From: a virus | Length of the DNA: 64,000 nt | Reading direction: 5' to 3' (one strand) | IMG/VR virus record: IMGVR_UViG_3300026263_000200 | Program-made: the position numbers and the translations under genes | Shown here: in pieces, positions 59,271 to 64,000 of the stretch | Position numbering within the stretch: the first letter of the stretch is position 1 | Layout: the number at the start of each line of letters is the position of its first letter | Notes under the pieces: model-generated | Databases searched by the model: none | Told to the model about the DNA's origin: nothing | What the model saw: the letters and a program-made list of their open reading frames with translations, nothing else

Positions 59271-59548
59271 TTTCCAACGCCTGTGCTTTGATAACATAAA
59301 TATATTATACCAGGCAATTCATAAGTCCTGGGGCGTGGAAAGGTGCCAGTCCTACATATTTTAAATATGAAAACTGGTAGTAGTTTGAGGTCTACTATAA
59401 CAAAACCTCAATGAATTTAGTTATTCAGGAGCGGTAGCCTTAACCTGATGTGTTTGTTTAGCAGTTGCGCTTCGTTCAACACCCCAAAAAGAACTAAAGT
59501 AGCAGACTATTTTTGGTAGTTTTGAAGTCTATAACTCAAAAAACTACC
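59271..59548 (+). ncRNA. Candidate structured non-coding RNA (several stems, two H-type pseudoknots)
   Basis: Locally GC-richer intergenic region with at least seven complementary pairs (listed in findings); family not recognised. Confidence 0.5.
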
Positions 59549-59555
59549 TTAACTA

Positions 59556-59583
59556 CTTGTAATTTGGAAAATAGTACATATAT
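59556..59583 (+). promoter_or_regulatory. Alphaproteobacterial RpoH (sigma32)-like promoter of hsp20
   Basis: CTTG-N17-CATATAT versus consensus CTTG-N17/18-CYTATNT. Confidence 0.5.
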
Positions 59584-59592
59584 AAGTAGTAG

Positions 59593-59652
59593 TGAGTTGC
59601 CATTAAGGGACTCATATAATTAAAATAACTTTGCTTAATAAAGGAGGTTTAT
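59593..59652 (+). promoter_or_regulatory. ROSE-like RNA thermometer in the hsp20 5'UTR
   Basis: Hairpin 59593-59614, then AACUUUGCUU-AAUA-AAGGAGGUU (59627-59649) with UUGCU and a bulged G opposite the SD. Confidence 0.65.
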
Positions 59653-60102
59653 ATGACCAATAAAGCATTATCTATTTTTAATCAATTAAGACCAGTATCA
59701 ATAGGATTTGATAATATCTTTGACCATTTTGAAAGAATGTTTGAAGATGATTTTTCATTACCTACGATACCAAATTATCCGCCATACAATATCGTTAAAA
59801 CAGGCAAGAACAAGTACGATATTGAAGTAGCTCTTGCTGGATATTCTAAAAAGGATATTCAAGTGAACTATGAGGACGGTCTTTTGACTATCAAATCTGC
59901 TAAAACAGAAAAAGACGAAAGTAAAGATGACAATGGTAATATCTTACATAAAGGTATCGCTAAAAGATTCTTTTCTAAAGCTTTCACGGTTGCTGATGAT
60001 TGCGAAATCAAAGGTGCTGAATTGAAAGATGGTCTTTTGAAAGTATCTATGGAGAAGATTATTCCAGAGAGCAGAAAAGCAAAAACAATAGACGTTAAGT
60101 AA
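59653..60102 (+). CDS. hsp20: Small heat-shock protein Hsp20 (IbpA-like)
   Basis: IGFD, NYPPYNI, IEVALAG, LHKGIA.R.F...F, A.L.DGLL. Confidence 0.95.
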   Translation: MTNKALSIFNQLRPVSIGFDNIFDHFERMFEDDFSLPTIPNYPPYNIVKTGKNKYDIEVALAGYSKKDIQVNYEDGLLTIKSAKTEKDESKDDNGNILHKGIAKRFFSKAFTVADDCEIKGAELKDGLLKVSMEKIIPESRKAKTIDVK

Positions 60103-60114
60103 TAACGTATAGAT

Positions 60115-60158
60115 AGTGGCGAGGATAGCATAAACTATTGACTCGCCACTTATAAATA
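60115..60158 (+). promoter_or_regulatory. Hairpin after hsp20 abutting a late promoter
   Basis: agtggcgag...ctcgccact (60115-60150), then TATAAATA (60151-60158). Confidence 0.65.
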
Positions 60159-60163
60159 AGTAT

Positions 60164-60358
60164 ATGAATAAAATATTAATAATCTTAATGAGTTTGATTC
60201 TTGTTAGTTGCTCAGTAGCAAATCCTAAACTATCATTTGGTAAGAAATGCGTGGATAAAGGTGACCAGGTTCACTATTCCTACGTATGGATATATGATAA
60301 AAACGCAGGGTTAGTAGCTGATGAAATTACTTGCGAGTTGATAGACAACCAGGATTGA
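60164..60358 (+). CDS. Small lipoprotein
   Basis: MNK, hydrophobic stretch, LVSC lipobox; two further Cys. Confidence 0.65.
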   Translation: MNKILIILMSLILVSCSVANPKLSFGKKCVDKGDQVHYSYVWIYDKNAGLVADEITCELIDNQD

Positions 60359-60383
60359 CATTAGCTAGGGTTGGTGATATATT
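60355..60383 (+). promoter_or_regulatory. Sigma70-type promoter of prx (leaderless)
   Basis: TTGACA-N17-TATATT with extended -10 TG; ATG 6 nt after the -10 box. Confidence 0.65.
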
Positions 60384-60389
60384 AACTCT

Positions 60390-60893
60390 ATGAATAAAGA
60401 TATAACTAAAAGTATACCATACGTGGTATTCAAAGAGCGAGTAGCAGGCAAGTGGACTACATTTACAAGTAATGATGTATTTCAAGCAGGCAAACAAGTA
60501 GTCTTTTCTTTACCAGGTGCATTTACACCAACGTGTTCTAGCAAACAATTACCAAATTTTGAAAGACTCTATGAAGAGTTTAAATCAAAAGGTATAGATG
60601 AAGTTTATTGTATATCAGTAAATGATTCTTTTGTAATGAACGCTTGGTTTGATAGTCTTAAAGTAAATAACGTTAAGGCAATACCTGATGGAAATGGACA
60701 CTTTACTAGACGAATGGGTATGTTAATAAACAAAACTCATTTAGGATTTGGTATGAGGTCTTGGAGATATGCTATGGTAGTTGAAGATGGACAAATTATT
60801 AAATGGTTTGAAGAAGAAGGTATCAATGACCGAGGAAAAGGTGAAGACCCTTATGTTGCTACTGATCCAGAGAACATTTTAAAAAGTTTATAG
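60390..60893 (+). CDS. Peroxiredoxin, Prx5/redoxin type
   Basis: LPGAFTPTCS, C.SVND.FVM.AW, DGNG.FT, RSWRYAM. Confidence 0.93.
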   Translation: MNKDITKSIPYVVFKERVAGKWTTFTSNDVFQAGKQVVFSLPGAFTPTCSSKQLPNFERLYEEFKSKGIDEVYCISVNDSFVMNAWFDSLKVNNVKAIPDGNGHFTRRMGMLINKTHLGFGMRSWRYAMVVEDGQIIKWFEEEGINDRGKGEDPYVATDPENILKSL

Positions 60894-60895
60894 CA

Positions 60896-60924
60896 TTGAC
60901 ATTTAGTTAATAAAAGTATATAAT
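60896..60924 (+). promoter_or_regulatory. Consensus sigma70 promoter of gp45
   Basis: TTGACA-N17-TATAAT. Confidence 0.85.
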
Positions 60925-60946
60925 TATAAATTATGAAGGAGTTGAT

Positions 60947-61612
60947 ATGAATCTATCAAACAGTACAGTTGCAATCTTAAAGAATTTTGCTGATATTAAT
61001 AAAAATATATTAGTAAAACCTGGAAAGCAATTACAAACTATTTCTACTTTAAAGAATATTCTTGCCGAAGCAGATATAGACCAAAAATTTGAGCAAGAAT
61101 TTGCGATATATGATTTGCCAGAATTTTTAAGGGCAGTTGAATTATTTTCTAAATCAGATATCAAATTTAATGGTACTAACAAATTGGTTATTTCAGACAC
61201 CAATTCAAAACAATCAGTTAAGTATTTCTTTGCAGATAAATCAGTAATTGTTGCACCAACTAAATCAATTAATATGCCTGATAAGTATGTAACTTTTACA
61301 TTAAAGAGTAAATGTTTTGCTGATTTACAAAAAGGTATAGTTACGTTGAACTTACCAGACATTGCAGTAAAAGGTGATGGTAAAAACATTACAATGATTG
61401 CAACTGATAAGAAAAATAAATCTTCAAATGATTATTCTGCTGTAGTAGGCACAACTGATAAAGAGTTTGTAGCATATTTCAAAGCAGAAAACTTGAAAAT
61501 AATACCAGATGATTATGATATTGCGATTTCTAAACAAAGAATAAGTCATTTTGTTAATAGAAATAAACCAGTACAATATTGGATAGCATTAGAACCTGAT
61601 TCTGAATTTTAA
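60947..61612 (+). CDS. gp45: Sliding clamp gp45
   Basis: T..ILKNFA.IN, FAIYDL.EFL, ENLKI, YWIALE. Confidence 0.95.
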   Translation: MNLSNSTVAILKNFADINKNILVKPGKQLQTISTLKNILAEADIDQKFEQEFAIYDLPEFLRAVELFSKSDIKFNGTNKLVISDTNSKQSVKYFFADKSVIVAPTKSINMPDKYVTFTLKSKCFADLQKGIVTLNLPDIAVKGDGKNITMIATDKKNKSSNDYSAVVGTTDKEFVAYFKAENLKIIPDDYDIAISKQRISHFVNRNKPVQYWIALEPDSEF

Positions 61613-61626
61613 ATGATGAGTATATT

Positions 61627-62571
61627 ATGGCAGAAAATTTATGGGTTGAGAAATACCGACCTAGAACAATTGACGATTGTATTTTAACAAGTGAATTAAA
61701 AGAAACTTTTAAAGAATTTGTAAAACAAAAAGAACTTCCAAACTTATTACTATCAGGTACAGCAGGTACAGGTAAGACTACTGTAGCACGTGCTTTATGT
61801 GAAGAATTAGGTTGTGATTACATTATCATTAATGGATCAGATGAAGGTAGACAAATTGATACACTCCGAAATAAGATTAAAAATTTTGCGTCAACTGTAT
61901 CTTTAACTGAAACAGCAGGTCATAAAGTTGTTATAGTTGATGAAGCAGATTATATGAACGCTGATAGTGTTCAACCTGCATTAAGAAATTTTATAGAAAC
62001 ATTTTATAAGAATTGTAGATTTATCTTTACTTGTAATTATAAGAATAAGATATTACCAGCATTACATAGTAGATGTACCGTTATTGATTTTTCAATTACT
62101 AATGGTCAGAAAGTTAAAACAGCAACACAACTTATGAATAGGTTGTGTAATATCTTAACAGATGAAAAGATAGAGTTTGATAAAAAAGTACTTGCAGAAT
62201 TAATACAAAAACATTTTCCAGATTTCAGAAGAACTATTAATGAACTTCAAAGATATTCAGTAAGAGGTAAAATTGATAGTGGTATATTATTCAGTATAAC
62301 TGAAGCAGATACTAAACAACTTGTAGCAATTTTAAAAGAAAAAAGATTTAATGATATGAGAAAATGGGTTATTCAAAACCTAGATAAAGAACCATCATCA
62401 TTGTTTTCAACTGTATATGAAATACTATACAAGAACTTACAACCACAATCTATACCACAAGCAGTTTTAGTTATAGCTGGATATCAATATAAATCCGCTT
62501 TTGTAGCAGACCAAGAGATTAATATGGTCGCTTGTTTAACAGAAGTAATGGCAAACTGTAAGTTTAAATAA
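61627..62571 (+). CDS. gp44: Clamp loader large subunit gp44
   Basis: LWVEKYRP, GTGKTT, INGSDE, DEAD, SRC, FPDFRR. Confidence 0.96.
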   Translation: MAENLWVEKYRPRTIDDCILTSELKETFKEFVKQKELPNLLLSGTAGTGKTTVARALCEELGCDYIIINGSDEGRQIDTLRNKIKNFASTVSLTETAGHKVVIVDEADYMNADSVQPALRNFIETFYKNCRFIFTCNYKNKILPALHSRCTVIDFSITNGQKVKTATQLMNRLCNILTDEKIEFDKKVLAELIQKHFPDFRRTINELQRYSVRGKIDSGILFSITEADTKQLVAILKEKRFNDMRKWVIQNLDKEPSSLFSTVYEILYKNLQPQSIPQAVLVIAGYQYKSAFVADQEINMVACLTEVMANCKFK

Positions 62572-63210
62572 ATGAAAAGTTTAGTTGAGGATTGGGATAA
62601 ATTTTTTAAAGAACATCCAACTGGTGGACCTTGGGATTATAAAAATCCTAGCAATGAACGAAAGTTACAAGATGGACACGTTGTTGATTTTATAAAGTAT
62701 TATAATTTTGAAAAAAATTTAAAGGTTTTGGATTGTGGATGTGCAGATGGTAGAAATTCTGAATATCTTATCAATCAAGGGTTTGAGGTAACAGGTGTAG
62801 ATTTTTCACAAACGGTTATAGAAAGAACTCAAAAGCGTTTACCAAAAGGAAAATTTCTTGTTGGAGATATAAGAAAATTAGATAAGATTGAAGAAAATAG
62901 TTTTGATTTTCTTATTGACGCTGGTGCTTTCCACGTGAATTATCCACAAGATACTCTATCCATTATAAAAGAGTATCATAGAATATTAAAACCTTCTGGA
63001 AAAATGTTTATTAGAGTTTTCAATAAAGAAGACAATCAACCTCACCTTATTTTTTTTGTAAATAAAGATACTATGCCTGTATTTGGATATAGTGAGTCTG
63101 TATTTACTAATCATATTAAAAATTATTTTAATGTTAAACATAAAAAATATGATTCTGTTTATGGTATGCACGGTGAAGGATGTAATTATTATTATTTGGA
63201 AAGTAAATGA
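62572..63210 (+). CDS. Class I SAM methyltransferase inserted between gp44 and gp62
   Basis: PW, VLDCGCADGRN, GVDFS, FD...D.G.FH, LKPSG. Confidence 0.85.
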   Translation: MKSLVEDWDKFFKEHPTGGPWDYKNPSNERKLQDGHVVDFIKYYNFEKNLKVLDCGCADGRNSEYLINQGFEVTGVDFSQTVIERTQKRLPKGKFLVGDIRKLDKIEENSFDFLIDAGAFHVNYPQDTLSIIKEYHRILKPSGKMFIRVFNKEDNQPHLIFFVNKDTMPVFGYSESVFTNHIKNYFNVKHKKYDSVYGMHGEGCNYYYLESK

Positions 63211-63216
63211 AATTAA

Positions 63217-63612
63217 ATGTATGAATTAAAAGATTATCTTAAAGCAATTAATGAATCAAAAGAGAACTTATTAGACACACCCGACCCGACTTGGGAAAAG
63301 AAGTACCCACCATTTGTAATTAACCGTTGTCTATCTATGTTCTATGATACCATAATGCATAGCAATGAAATGAACGGATTACATTTCCTACCAAAGCGTA
63401 TGCAGTTTCACTATTTCATAAATAGTATACGAAAGAAAAGGCGATTTGGAGGTAAGTGGCTATCAAAAACCAAGTTGAAGAACCTAGATGTTATTAAGAA
63501 GTATTATGGATATAGTAATTCAAAGGCAAAGGAAACTCTCAACATTCTTACAGACGACCAAATTGAAATTATTAAAAATAAACTTATACAAGGTGGGAGA
63601 AAGTTTAAATGA
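63217..63612 (+). CDS. gp62: Clamp loader small subunit gp62
   Basis: YPPFVINR.LS, NEMN, Q..Y..N......RF..W, YYGYS..KA. Confidence 0.93.
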   Translation: MYELKDYLKAINESKENLLDTPDPTWEKKYPPFVINRCLSMFYDTIMHSNEMNGLHFLPKRMQFHYFINSIRKKRRFGGKWLSKTKLKNLDVIKKYYGYSNSKAKETLNILTDDQIEIIKNKLIQGGRKFK

Positions 63613-64000
63613 GCGAAGATATTATTAGTTGGTCGGCTAGCGATATGCTAGAAGTGACCATAAAGCAACCTGATGACTTTCTAAAAGTCAGGGAAACATT
63701 AACAAGAATCGGTGTAGCAAGTAGAAAAGATAAGACACTTTATCAATCGTGTCATATACTACACAAACAAGGTAAATATTACATAGTCCATTTCAAGGAA
63801 CTATTTGCATTAGACGGTAAAAAATCAACATTAACTCAAAACGATATTCAAAGAAGAAATACCATATCTTTATTATTACAAGATTGGAACTTAATTGATG
63901 TAGTTAAAAAGGACGCAACGGAAGATAAAGCACCGTTAAGTCAGATAAAAGTATTACCATTTAAAGAGAAAAAAGAATGGACATTATCTGCTAAATATAA
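63609..64000 (+). CDS. regA: Translational repressor RegA, 3'-truncated by window end (not in the ORF track)
   Basis: My translation: MSEDIISW...PDDFLKVRETLTRIGVASRKDKTLYQSCHILHKQGKYYIVHFKELFALDGK; ATGA overlap with gp62. Confidence 0.95.
   Translation, partial: MSEDIISWSASDMLEVTIKQPDDFLKVRETLTRIGVASRKDKTLYQSCHILHKQGKYYIVHFKELFALDGKKSTLTQNDIQRRNTISLLLQDWNLIDVVKKDATEDKAPLSQIKVLPFKEKKEWTLSAKY

Noticed and set aside
59271-59548. tmRNA (pseudoknots, GGGGCG at 59330, short frame NEFSYSGAVALT*)
   Set aside because: No acceptor stem/T-arm ending in CCA in either normal or permuted order, and the putative tag lacks the AA end.
59271-59548. tRNA, or SAM-II/SAM-V/preQ1 riboswitch
   Set aside because: No cloverleaf or TTCGA T-loop seen; the ligand-binding consensus nucleotides could not be matched by eye.
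1917-63171. Short minus-strand and alternate-frame ORFs in the ORF track (e.g. 5540-5830, 29087-29476, 34874-35221, 57403-57762, 60931-61389)
   Set aside because: Shadows of well-supported + strand genes, with no RBS, promoter or recognisable motif.

Overview
AT-rich (roughly 30% GC by eye) segment of a T4-like marine myophage genome. Gene content (bS21, peptide deformylase, Hsp20, peroxiredoxin, hemO-pcyX, CobS/CobT-like pair) suggests an alphaproteobacterial, SAR11-type host. Almost all genes are on the + strand. Layout: (i) 1-13.6 kb, a tightly coupled operon of about 15 tailoring enzymes (DegT aminotransferase, two radical SAMs, carbamoyltransferase, two nitroreductase-fold proteins, three GT-A glycosyltransferase-like proteins, SGNH protein, methyltransferase, TauD- and AspH-like dioxygenases, membrane desaturase), plus a convergent two-gene late unit. 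(ii) 13.6-26.6 kb, baseplate and tail-fibre genes. (iii) hemO-pcyX bilin cassette. (iv) 28-43 kb, T4 core morphogenesis genes gp13-gp23 and gp3. (v) 43-64 kb, uvsY, uvsW, gp55, gp47, gp46, def, DNA methyltransferase, vWA-peptidase/MoxR AAA pair, rpsU, hsp20, prx, gp45, gp44, gp62 and regA, with oxygenases, a halogenase and a methyltransferase inserted between core genes. Main leads: the tailoring operon beside the fibre genes; a multi-stem, two-pseudoknot candidate ncRNA after rpsU; an RpoH-type promoter and ROSE-like RNA thermometer on hsp20; apparent avoidance of CATG and of GATC outside GGATC/GATCC; and leaderless sigma70-type promoters. All protein calls come from motif recognition and synteny, not database searches.
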